This document shows, piece after piece, positions 40,271 through 48,751 of a DNA stretch of 64,000 bases. Below the pieces are notes generated by a model. That model saw only the letters and a list, made by a program, of their open reading frames with translations, searched no databases and was not told where the DNA came from. Positions within the stretch are counted from its first letter, which is position 1. The number at the start of each line of letters is the position of its first letter. The stretch covers positions 1,181-65,180 of the forward strand of contig JBDHKG010000020.1 of the NCBI GenBank assembly GCA_039586495.1, read 5' to 3'. The DNA is from Gemmatimonadota bacterium (GTDB lineage: Bacteria > Gemmatimonadota > Gemmatimonadetes > Palauibacterales > KS3-K002). The translations under genes and the position numbers were made by a program.

Positions 40271-42352
40271 CTACTCGAAGACCTGGCGGGATTCCAGGTG
40301 CGCCTCGATCTCCTCACGGGTCCGCCAGACCGGGCGCAGCTCCTTGCGGGCCACGAGCTCGAGCTGGTCCATGAGGTGCGGCGAGCTGGGCTGGCTGGCG
40401 TTGCCGTAGCCGAGCACCGCCATGGCCTTCACGGGGTCGGAGAACTCGATGGCCGCGACGTAGCTGTCGCCGCCGAAGGCCTGGAAGTGCGCGTCCTCGG
40501 TGGGTTGATACCAGGCGGCTCGGAAGATGCCCAGGTTGTCCCGGCCGCCGTTCCCCGGGAGGTCCAGCCCGCCTCCGCGCAGCCGGTGCACGTCACCATA
40601 AGGCACGTCGAGGGCGCCGTAGGCGGAATCGACTCGCACCGCGGCGGCCTCCAGGGCTGCTGCTGCGGCGGCGGGGTCCGCCAGACCGTCGGGCGTTTCG
40701 AGGGGAGACTCGGGGCTCCAGGCCACCGCGAAGGCTCTGGCGCCGAAGCGGCCCATCAGCCCCTCCAGGAAAGCGATGAAGAGGACGGCGCCGCGACTCT
40801 CCGCGTCGGTCTTCCGGTCCCACCTCTCCAGCACGTCAGCGGCTTGGCGGGCGAGCGCGCCGCCGTGCTCCCGTGTGGCCGCGATCACGTCATCCAGGAT
40901 ACGGTCGGCCAACTCCACACGCGTGGAGTGCTTGTAGGCGACCAGCTCGTCGAACGTGATGGATTCGTCTTCCGACAGCATCCGCGCTGAGCGCTGCGCG
41001 CGGAAGTGCATGAAGCGGGGCGCCATGTAGTCGGGGTAGTCTTCGGGATCGAGCGCGCGGGGGAATGTGGTCGTCCAGGGCGGGTCGTTGGCGTTCTGGA
41101 GCCAGCCGCTCTCCGGGTCGAGCACGCGGGGCAAGTCCTCGTAAGGGTGCGTCTCCGTCCAAAGGGTCGCCGATGTATCACCGGGCGCAACCAACCTCCA
41201 GTCCCATGGCCCGGCCGGCCTCACCGGCGTCAAGCCGCCGAAGAGGTGCATGATGTGGCCGTCGCGGTCGGCGTACATCACGGTGAACATGGCGAGCTGC
41301 ATGCGCTTGAGCGCCGCCTCGAACTCGCCCAGGTTCGCGGCTTGGGCCATCTCCCACCACTGCTCCAACAACCCAGGACGATCGAGGCCCACCATGCGAA
41401 GGGCCAGCGCGGAACCACCGTTCTCGAAGACCACCGGGCCGTGGACGGAACGTTTGACCTGGAGAGGCTCCTCACGGAGCACGCTGTCCGGCCCCTTGAC
41501 CCGCAGGGTGTACTCTTCGGTCTCGAAAGGCTGCACGCCGCCGTCCCAACCGTAGCCGTCCTCCGTGAGGGTGAGCTCATAGAGGTCAGCGCCGTCGAAG
41601 GTGTTGACGGTATGGGTCCAGCCGAGATAGTCGTTGAAGGCGATGGCGAGCGTGGGAATCCCCACCAGGGTCGTGCCGTAGACGTCGATACCCGGGCCGA
41701 CGAGCTGAGCCTCGTAGAACAGAAACAGGTCAGACCAGGGCAGGTGTGGGTTCGCCAGCAGCATGGCGTTGCCGCTGGCCGAGCGGGAGCGTGCAATGGC
41801 CCAGGCGTTGGAGCCGGCGGCCTGCCATGCTCGCGCGATGTGGGCGACCGCGTCCTGGCTGAAGACGAAGGTGAAGAGAACTGCGCGCTGGAAGTGGGCC
41901 AGCACGTCGGTGGCATCCACCGGCAGGACGACCTCGACTTCGTCGTTGATCTCGTCGCTGTGCTCGGCGGCGTACGCGTTGAAGCCTTCCGCGAAGGCAT
42001 CGAGGTTCCGGCGGAATGCGGGTTTCTGGGCCTCGTACCAGCTTCGGGCACGCTCGGGCAGGCCCACGGTGACGAGCCAGCGATCCGAGCCCAGGTAGTC
42101 CTCGCCCCAGTACTCCGCGGCCCGGGCGCGGGCCTGTCCGTACAGCCTGAGGATGAGATCGCCGTGGCTCTGCGCCTGGGCCCAGCCGAAGCCGTAGAAC
42201 AGCTCCTCCTGGCTCCTCCCATAGATGTGCGGGACGCCCCAGGTGTCCCAGAGGATCTCCGTACGCTCCGGCCCGGAGGGCCGGCAGGCGCCCGCCACTA
42301 GAGCGGCAGCAGTCAGTGCTACGGCAAGAGAGCGCCGATTTCTCGAGATCAT
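40271..42352 (-). CDS. Penicillin acylase / Ntn-hydrolase family (penicillin amidase or AHL acylase-like), lipoprotein.
   Basis: The internal start at 42352 gives MISRNRRSLAVALTAAALVAGAC, with GGGAGG upstream. The beta-subunit N-terminal nucleophile context is 'GSNAWAIA'. Confidence 0.85.
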   Translation of the reverse strand: MISRNRRSLAVALTAAALVAGACRPSGPERTEILWDTWGVPHIYGRSQEELFYGFGWAQAQSHGDLILRLYGQARARAAEYWGEDYLGSDRWLVTVGLPERARSWYEAQKPAFRRNLDAFAEGFNAYAAEHSDEINDEVEVVLPVDATDVLAHFQRAVLFTFVFSQDAVAHIARAWQAAGSNAWAIARSRSASGNAMLLANPHLPWSDLFLFYEAQLVGPGIDVYGTTLVGIPTLAIAFNDYLGWTHTVNTFDGADLYELTLTEDGYGWDGGVQPFETEEYTLRVKGPDSVLREEPLQVKRSVHGPVVFENGGSALALRMVGLDRPGLLEQWWEMAQAANLGEFEAALKRMQLAMFTVMYADRDGHIMHLFGGLTPVRPAGPWDWRLVAPGDTSATLWTETHPYEDLPRVLDPESGWLQNANDPPWTTTFPRALDPEDYPDYMAPRFMHFRAQRSARMLSEDESITFDELVAYKHSTRVELADRILDDVIAATREHGGALARQAADVLERWDRKTDAESRGAVLFIAFLEGLMGRFGARAFAVAWSPESPLETPDGLADPAAAAAALEAAAVRVDSAYGALDVPYGDVHRLRGGGLDLPGNGGRDNLGIFRAAWYQPTEDAHFQAFGGDSYVAAIEFSDPVKAMAVLGYGNASQPSSPHLMDQLELVARKELRPVWRTREEIEAHLESRQVFE

Positions 42353-42368
42353 GTTCGCCTCCCGGCGT

Positions 42369-43160
42369 TCAGAGGAGCCCGCGGACATAGCCGCCGTCGA
42401 TCTGGACCGTCGCGCCCGTGATGTAGGCGGCCCGCTCCGAGGCGAGAAAGGCCACCAGGTCGCCGAGCTCCTTGGGGTCGCCCATGCGCCCGGCGGGGAT
42501 GGCGGTCACCAGCTGGGCCGTGATGTCCGTGACGCTCTTTCGCGACTCGGCGGCCCGCTGTTCCAGAAGTTCCGTCACCCGATCGGTCGCCATATAGCCT
42601 GGACAGACCACGTTCACCGTGATCCCCTCCGCGGCGAATTCCTCAGCGATCGTCTTGGCGTAGCCGACGACGCCGGGCCGGGCCGTGTTGGAGAGGATCA
42701 AGCCGGGGATCGGCGACTTCACCGAGACCGAAGTGAGGCAGATGATGCGGCCCCAACGATTCTTGCGCATGTGCGAGATCGCTGCCTGGGCGAGGCGGAT
42801 GGTGCTCAGCAGGTTCAGCTCCAGCGCTTCGGCCCAGGCCTCGGGCGGCGTGTTGATGCTGGTCGTGGCCGGCGGCCCGCCCGCGTTGCAGACCAGGATG
42901 TCGAGCCGCCCGAACTGCTTGATCGTCGCCTCGACGAAGTCACGCGGTCCGTCTTCGGTGGCGAGGTCGGTGGGGTGGGCGAAGATCTCCTGGCCGGAGG
43001 CGCGATGTAGGGCCACACCGGCGTGCTCGAGCCGCTCCTCGTCGCGGGCGCAGATCGCGACACGGGCGCCTTCCCGAGCCAAAGCCCAGGCGATAGCCTT
43101 ACCGAGCCCGCTGCTCGCGCCGCCGACCGCTGCGACTCTTCCCTCGAGTCCCAAGTCCAT
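42369..43160 (-). CDS. SDR-family oxidoreductase.
   Basis: Internal start at 43160 (MDLGLEGRVAAVGGASSGLGKAIA) carries the Rossmann TGxxxGxG-like motif, and an 'NAG' motif is present. The ORF-track start at 43232 looks too long. Confidence 0.8.
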   Translation of the reverse strand: MDLGLEGRVAAVGGASSGLGKAIAWALAREGARVAICARDEERLEHAGVALHRASGQEIFAHPTDLATEDGPRDFVEATIKQFGRLDILVCNAGGPPATTSINTPPEAWAEALELNLLSTIRLAQAAISHMRKNRWGRIICLTSVSVKSPIPGLILSNTARPGVVGYAKTIAEEFAAEGITVNVVCPGYMATDRVTELLEQRAAESRKSVTDITAQLVTAIPAGRMGDPKELGDLVAFLASERAAYITGATVQIDGGYVRGLL

Positions 43161-43397
43161 GACGCTGCTCCATGCTTGTTGCTTCTGTGTAGGGCTAGCT
43201 GCCGAACCTAAGGGAGCCACCGCGCCGCGCAAGCCAGACGTACGCGCCGGGTGGGGGCCGGTGGCGCTCCATTGACAGTCGTCCAGCGCGACCTGAGTCT
43301 ATCTCGGGATCCGGGGCGGCGCTGCGGAGCGCTGCGCGGGCCGAGCCACGTGAAAGCCTCAACGATTCGCCTCTTCAATCGTGACGGAGGTCAGCCG

Positions 43398-44920
43398 ATG
43401 AAGCTCGCCGACGGGCTGTTCGCATTGGGCGCTGTGCTGGGCACCGCGCTGTTTCTGGCGTACTACGACGCCGCCTTCCCGGCCGCGGCCATCGATCTCC
43501 AGATGTCGCGTGGCGAGATCCGGCACCGGGCCGATGACTACGTGCGCGAGCTGGGGATTGACCCCGATACCTTCGAGTCGGCTCTCACCTTCGAGGCCGA
43601 CGGTGGGGCCGCGGTGTTCCTCCAGCGCGTGCTGGGGCTGAGGGAGACCAGCCGTTTCGCCCGTGAGGAGCTTGCCCTCTGGAACTGGCGTGCCCGCTGG
43701 TTCCGCTCCGGCGAGATCGAGGAGTTGATCCTGCGGCTGACTCCGGATGGCCGGCCACTCCGCTTCCTGTACAAAATTCCCGAGGCCGCGGCGGGTGACT
43801 CGATCAGCCAGGATTCGGCGCTGGCCATCGCGGGTTCGTTCGTGACGGACGAGCTGGGCATCGACCTGACCGAGTGGCGGCTGGAGGACCAGTCCAGCGA
43901 GGCGCGCGAGAACCGGCTCGATCACTCGTTCACCTGGGAGCTGGTCGGCTCGGAGATCGAGTGGCGGCCTGACGACCCGGAGGCGGGCACGGCGAGCCGG
44001 CGCCTCTCGGTGGAGGTCTTCGGATCGGACGTCGGTTACTTCAGTCAGTTCCTGAAGGTGCCGGAGAAGTTCGAGCGCGAGCAGGTGAAAGAGACCTCGG
44101 GCGGCATGTTGCTGACGCTCGTGAGTTTCGCGCTGATGGCCGCTCTGGTGATCGCGGCACTGGTGGTGGCGATCGTTCGCTACAAGCAGGAGCAGATCCG
44201 CTGGCGTCCGGGCCTGGTGCTGGGGGGCGTCGTGGGCGCTGCCATCCTGATCAGCGGCCTGCTCAGCTACCCGCTGCTCAAGTCCGCGTACCGCACGGAG
44301 TGGCCGTTCAACACTTACATCCTCGCGGCGTTGATCGCAGGGCTCATCGGTGCTGCTCTGTACGGCCTGGCCGTTTGGGTCAGCGCGGCGGCCGGGGAAT
44401 CGCTCTCGCTCGAGAGTTTTCCGGACGCGCTGAAGGCGTTGAGGGACTGGGTGGCGCGCCGCTGGTTCACGCGGGCCGCGGCTGTGGAGACGATTCGCGG
44501 CTACGCGGTCGGCCTCGCCTTCCTCGGTTATGTCACCGCGTTCTATCTCGTCGGCAGGCGCTATCTCGGAGTCTGGCTGCCGGCCGAGAGCCCGCACTCA
44601 CGTTCCTGGCGCTCCTCATCCCGGCGGTCGTCTGGGCGCTGGGCCACTCGGGCTACGCCGTCTACCCCGTGTACGTACGCGGTATCGAGCTGACGATCGC
44701 CGGCGTGGTCTTCGGCTGGGTCTTCATCCGCTACGGCCTGGTCGCGATGCTCGTCGCCCACTACGCGATCGACGCGATACTGCTGGCCATGCCGCTGCTG
44801 CGGGCCTCGGGCGGATCGTACCTGGGCTACGGGGTGGCCGCGCTGGTGTGCGCGGCGCTGCCGCTGGCCGTGCCGCTGGTGGTGGTCTTGCGTCGAGCGG
44901 AGCGACCGCCTGCGACCTAG
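43398..44920 (+). CDS. CPBP-family (CAAX-protease/Abi-like) intramembrane metalloprotease with a large N-terminal domain. The frame is broken near 44580..44600.
   Basis: Start MKLADGLFALGAVLG with GGAGG 7 nt upstream. The frame-0 ORF decays after 'YLVGRRYLGVWLPAE'. Frame 2 continues with 'LTFLALLIPAVVWALGHSGYAVYPVYVRGIELTIAGVVFGWVFIRYGLVAMLVAHYAIDAILL', a CPBP core. Confidence 0.55.
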
Positions 44921-44977
44921 AGGTCGCGGGTTCTGTGATAGAAGGGCCGCTGAGCTGAAGAGAGTTGGCTGGCTGCC

Positions 44978-45355
44978 CTAAACTCCGGCGCAGCGCGTGA
45001 ACAAGGGTGAGCTGTGGTCACGAGTCTGTAGCAGATCGTGCAGCATCTCGTGCTTGACCCCGCCCTCGAACAGCAAATAGCCGGAATCCACGTAGATGGT
45101 ATGCGGTGGCCACCAGGCCCCCACGTGCTCGGTTCCTGCCTCCCTGTTGATCAGACGATCGGCTTCGTACCAGCTCACCCGCTCGAACGCTGCACGGACG
45201 TCAGCGCAGGCTTCTACCTCGGCCCACCAGGAGCGATAGATGCCAGGAGGATCGAGCGGGCGGGGGTTGACGGGCTCGAACGCTACTTCGGAGCAAGAGC
45301 CGAGGAGCACCGGCAGAAGGCAAAGCGGTCCTAACAGCTGCCTGGGGGAGGGCAT
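44978..45355 (-). CDS. Small lipoprotein (hypothetical).
   Basis: Internal ATG at 45355 gives MPSPRQLLGPLCLLPVLLGSC, a lipobox signal. The longer ORF (GTG at 45604) has an implausible Pro-rich N-terminus. Confidence 0.4.
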   Translation of the reverse strand: MPSPRQLLGPLCLLPVLLGSCSEVAFEPVNPRPLDPPGIYRSWWAEVEACADVRAAFERVSWYEADRLINREAGTEHVGAWWPPHTIYVDSGYLLFEGGVKHEMLHDLLQTRDHSSPLFTRCAGV

Positions 45356-45591
45356 AACTGCATCCAGCCAGGGTGATTCTGTCACACTGCGCGGCCTAGG
45401 CTGCGCTAGGAACAAGTTAAGTGTGGCGTCAGTGCGTGCCAAGCCTGACGGCGGCGCGTACTGGGGTGCGGCGGATTGGTCGAAGGAGCTCTTTCCGTCA
45501 CGACCCGTGGGGTCGCTGTGGACACGACCGCTCGGTGGTGCGGCGCGCGGGGGTGGCGGGTGAGGGGTAACTCCGTCCCATCTTGTAGAGG

Positions 45592-45978
45592 ATGGAAGCT
45601 CCACGCGTGCTCATAGTCTCGCCGGACCAGTGGCCCCGGGCGCTGCTGCGGGCGGAGCTGCTGGAGGCCGGATACGATGCGATCGGGGCGCGCACGCTGT
45701 CCGCGTCGCTACGCTACCCCGCCACGCAGCCGGGCCGAGGGCCCGTGAGACTGATTATCGTGGATCAGTGTGTCGTGGAGCGTGAGGCGTCGGAGGTTCG
45801 TGCGCGGCTCGCAGCGAAGCACACCGGGAGTCGGTGGTTTCTTCTTGCACACTCGAGCGGTGTGCTTCCGGCGGGAGACTGGTATGCTGTGCTGCGGCGG
45901 CCGCTGAGCATCGGCCAGGTCGTGGAAGCCGTTAAGCGCGTTCTCCCGATCCCCTACGGTTCCAGCGAATCGGATTGA
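45592..45978 (+). CDS. Possible atypical or pseudo receiver (CheY-like) domain protein.
   Basis: Beta-alpha pattern 'RVLIVSPDQ...', 'VRLIIVDQC', '...FLLAHSSG'. The acidic pocket is incomplete (SPD instead of DD; no conserved Lys). Confidence 0.35.
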   Translation: MEAPRVLIVSPDQWPRALLRAELLEAGYDAIGARTLSASLRYPATQPGRGPVRLIIVDQCVVEREASEVRARLAAKHTGSRWFLLAHSSGVLPAGDWYAVLRRPLSIGQVVEAVKRVLPIPYGSSESD

Positions 45979-47525
45979 GCCGGCGCCGCCCTCGTATCCA
46001 GCGCCTCGGTCGCGGCTGGGGCGTCGGATGTCACCTCAGGGACCTCGCACTCCTGGTTCGCCAAGTAGTCGTACGCTTCCGTCACAGTCTCCCACGCTCT
46101 TGCCCGACCATAGTTCCAGGTTCGCCAAGAGGTCCCTGCCGGCGGCGCCCAACGTTTCAGGATCCGAGCGGCGACCATACAGCGATCGTGGGGGCTCAAT
46201 CCGGGAAGCGCCGACACTACAATCGGGACGGCGTCGGCGCTCAGCGACGTGGCGTACAGCGCGTCGAACTCCTGACCCGTCAGCGCTCGATCGGTGTTCG
46301 TCTTCGCGATCAGTGCGTCCGGGTTCATGATGTTGAGCATCCCAATCAAACAGAATCCCGCGAGCGTGGCACCGGTCACGAAGGGCTGTCTCCAGCCACG
46401 GAGGACGGTGATCGCGAACCAGATCAACACGACGCCGAGCCAGGTCATGAAAGCAGTCGTGTAGAGGCGAAGCTCGGTGAGCCCGTACGCGCCTACGTAC
46501 AGCTGCATGCGCGTTACGGCGGACGTCATGATGACGAAGAGCAGCAGGAGCTGTAGCGCCGCCAGGATTCGAAAGGCGCGCAGGCTCCGGCGATCGGCCT
46601 TCGCCAGCACCCAATCCGCCACGAGCAGCAACGGCAACACGAGCGCGGCGACGGCCACGAGCTCGAAGAACCCGCGGCGCGCGTACTCGGCGTACGTGAG
46701 ACCGACCGTCTGCTCGACCAGCGAAGCGTCACCGAACAGATAGCGGATCTGCACCACCACGAAGACGAGGAAGAGAAAATCGATCAGAGCCAAAGGCACC
46801 GCGATCTCGACGATACCGAGGCCGGGTCGCTCCGGCGCTGCGGCCTCCGTGAAACCGGGCTTGCTGAACCTGAGGATCAGCAGCAGGAAGCCGCACACGG
46901 TCCAGGCGAAGAAGGCTATGAGTGCCGCGTGCGATAGAAGGTTGGCGAGGTCGATGTTCAGGGCGCGCGTCACCAACTGATCGAACACGGCATCGGCTGC
47001 CATCAACAGGCCGCCGAACACGAAGAGCAGCGGAAAAGCGATGAGCAGACCGAGAGCGGCGGAGCGGGCGTGCCGCCAACGCGTGCGGCTCGCCGAACTG
47101 GTCCACGTGATGTCGCTGCGCGCCAACGCCGCGGCACCTACCGCTGCCGCGGTGCCGGAGTTCAGGAGTCCGCGTACGTAGTCCAAGAACCCCCAGCTGC
47201 TAACGGACGTGCCCTCGAGACTGCGGCTCCAGATTGAGATCGCCAGCATCATCGCGAAGGCATCGAAAAACTTCACGGCAGGAGAATCGCGCCAGGCGAA
47301 GCCCGCTGAGAAGATGAGCGCCAGGAATGCGGGCCAGAGCATACCCGGGTTCCATTCGATGCGGTGGCGTGTCGAAAGGATCAGCACGCACACCAACACC
47401 GCCGCCGTCCATACCGGCACGTTGATTCCCCAGGGCAACCCCCGGAGCAGCGCATCGCCCAACACGCCGAGCAGGATCCCGGCGGCCGCTACCTGGAGTG
47501 CGAGCTTAGACTTCGTATCCATCAT
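45954..47525 (-). CDS. Polytopic integral membrane protein (hypothetical; DUF4153/DUF4173-like).
   Basis: 523 aa with at least 12 predicted TM helices. No catalytic motifs recognised. Confidence 0.55.
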   Translation of the reverse strand: MMDTKSKLALQVAAAGILLGVLGDALLRGLPWGINVPVWTAAVLVCVLILSTRHRIEWNPGMLWPAFLALIFSAGFAWRDSPAVKFFDAFAMMLAISIWSRSLEGTSVSSWGFLDYVRGLLNSGTAAAVGAAALARSDITWTSSASRTRWRHARSAALGLLIAFPLLFVFGGLLMAADAVFDQLVTRALNIDLANLLSHAALIAFFAWTVCGFLLLILRFSKPGFTEAAAPERPGLGIVEIAVPLALIDFLFLVFVVVQIRYLFGDASLVEQTVGLTYAEYARRGFFELVAVAALVLPLLLVADWVLAKADRRSLRAFRILAALQLLLLFVIMTSAVTRMQLYVGAYGLTELRLYTTAFMTWLGVVLIWFAITVLRGWRQPFVTGATLAGFCLIGMLNIMNPDALIAKTNTDRALTGQEFDALYATSLSADAVPIVVSALPGLSPHDRCMVAARILKRWAPPAGTSWRTWNYGRARAWETVTEAYDYLANQECEVPEVTSDAPAATEALDTRAAPAQSDSLEP

Positions 47526-47534
47526 TCGCTTCCT

Positions 47535-47903
47535 CTATTCACCGCGCATCACGCGGATGAGATCCTCCATGTCATCCAGATAGCACTCGAGGGCTCGGCG
47601 GCCCGTCTCGGTCAGTCGGTACTCCGTCTTGGGCACCCTTCCTTCGAACGACTTCGTGCAGGCGACGTAACCCGCCTCCTCGAGTTTCCGTGCGTGCACG
47701 CTGAGGTTGCCGTCCGTGATTTCGAGGAGACCTTTCAGATCGCTGAAGGTCAGCGACTCGTTCACGGCGAGTGCGCTCATGATGCCGAGTCGGACCCGCT
47801 GATGGATGAGGCGATCGAGCTCCGGCGTGGCGCTGCTTGAGGCTCGCCCGGGCGGACGACCCGCTGGACTTCCCACGTCTGACGAACCCCGTCGCCTGTT
47901 CAT
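47535..47903 (-). CDS. Winged-helix (HTH_34-type) transcriptional regulator.
   Basis: 'LDRLIHQRVRLGIMSALAVNESLTFSDLKGLLEITDGNLSVHARKLEEAGYVACTKSFEGRVPKTEYRLTETGRRALECYL'. The start is uncertain: the ORF extends to 47975 and would then overlap the upstream gene. Candidate starts are M25 (47903) and M16 (47930). Confidence 0.65.
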   Translation of the reverse strand: MNRRRGSSDVGSPAGRPPGRASSSATPELDRLIHQRVRLGIMSALAVNESLTFSDLKGLLEITDGNLSVHARKLEEAGYVACTKSFEGRVPKTEYRLTETGRRALECYLDDMEDLIRVMRGE

Positions 47904-47919
47904 CGTCGAGGAGCCGCCG

Positions 47920-48531
47920 CTAGCCACCATACCTGCGGGCGATGATGGCGCCGAAGACGACATTGATCCCGCCAAAACCAGCCGCCATGAACGCGTTGCC
48001 CCATGCCGCTGGGGCGAGAAAAGCCCCGAGGCCCACCAGCATGAAGCAGACCCCCATGATCGGGACGGCTCTCACGGAGAACGCGCCGCCCGTCGTGACG
48101 CCCGTGCCATATAACAACAGCCAGGTGCCCGGCATGGCGTCGAAGAGGCGCGCCGAATAGAGGACCGCCGTGAGCACAGCGCCAGCGACCAGGGGAGGGC
48201 AGAGGCCGAAGACGAAGCGTGCGCCGGCGCCGCGCAGCAGCGGCGCCTTGACGGCTCTGGCTTTGAGAGCCATTGCGACGGCCCCGATGGCGATCGCCAG
48301 GGCAGCCTCGGCGAGCCAGGTGAGGAGCCAGGCGCTGGGGGTCATCTGGCGCGCGGCCAGTGCGGCGGCGGCGAACGCGGTCAGGCCGATGGCCAGGGTG
48401 CCCCACCCGGGGACGGCGGTGAAGGAGCTGGCGCGCGCCATGGTGTCGCGAATGAAGCGGAGGTCATCGAGGGCGCGGGACCGGGTGGGGGAGTGGCCGT
48501 TGCACTGGGGTTGAGAGCGTTCGTTGTTCAT
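47920..48531 (-). CDS. Integral membrane protein (hypothetical), probable partner of the wHTH regulator.
   Basis: 203 aa with five or six TM helices. No recognisable motifs. Confidence 0.5.
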   Translation of the reverse strand: MNNERSQPQCNGHSPTRSRALDDLRFIRDTMARASSFTAVPGWGTLAIGLTAFAAAALAARQMTPSAWLLTWLAEAALAIAIGAVAMALKARAVKAPLLRGAGARFVFGLCPPLVAGAVLTAVLYSARLFDAMPGTWLLLYGTGVTTGGAFSVRAVPIMGVCFMLVGLGAFLAPAAWGNAFMAAGFGGINVVFGAIIARRYGG

Positions 48532-48597
48532 GAGGGCTCAAAATAGGGGGTGGGGTTGGTGTTGTCAAGTACTTTGCATTGTAAAGGAGATAGGGGG

Positions 48598-48626
48598 TTG
48601 CGCACTCACGGTCTTCGGTTTATATT
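48598..48626 (+). promoter_or_regulatory. Candidate sigma70-type promoter (TTGCGC-17-TATATT) upstream of dnaE2.
   Basis: -35 TTGCGC at 48598..48603, a 17-nt spacer, then -10 TATATT at 48621..48626, in an AT-richer island. A palindrome AAGTACTT (48567..48574) and the CTTT-N7-AAAG dyad lie just upstream. Confidence 0.35.
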
Positions 48627-48638
48627 CGGTATCCCAGG

Positions 48639-48713
48639 GCGGAGGGGTGACCCACTCCCCCTACCTGCGAAGTGCCCCTCCGCTCTGGACCCACCTTGCG
48701 GTGGGCTTTTTTG
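48639..48713 (+). terminator. Leader or small-RNA-like structure: a 9-bp hairpin plus a canonical intrinsic terminator 39 nt upstream of the dnaE2 ATG.
   Basis: Hairpin 1 is gcggagggg (48639..48647) paired with cccctccgc (48675..48683). The terminator has stem cccacc (48690..48695), loop ttgc and stem ggtggg (48700..48705), then cttttttg (48706..48713). Confidence 0.55.
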
Positions 48714-48751
48714 TCGCCAGGGCTTACGGGCTTTATTCGGGACACTGGTTT

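Noticed and set aside
41006-42301. 431-aa plus-strand ORF opposite the penicillin acylase.
   Set aside because: Antisense artefact. The minus frame has the Ntn-hydrolase nucleophile context and a lipoprotein signal.
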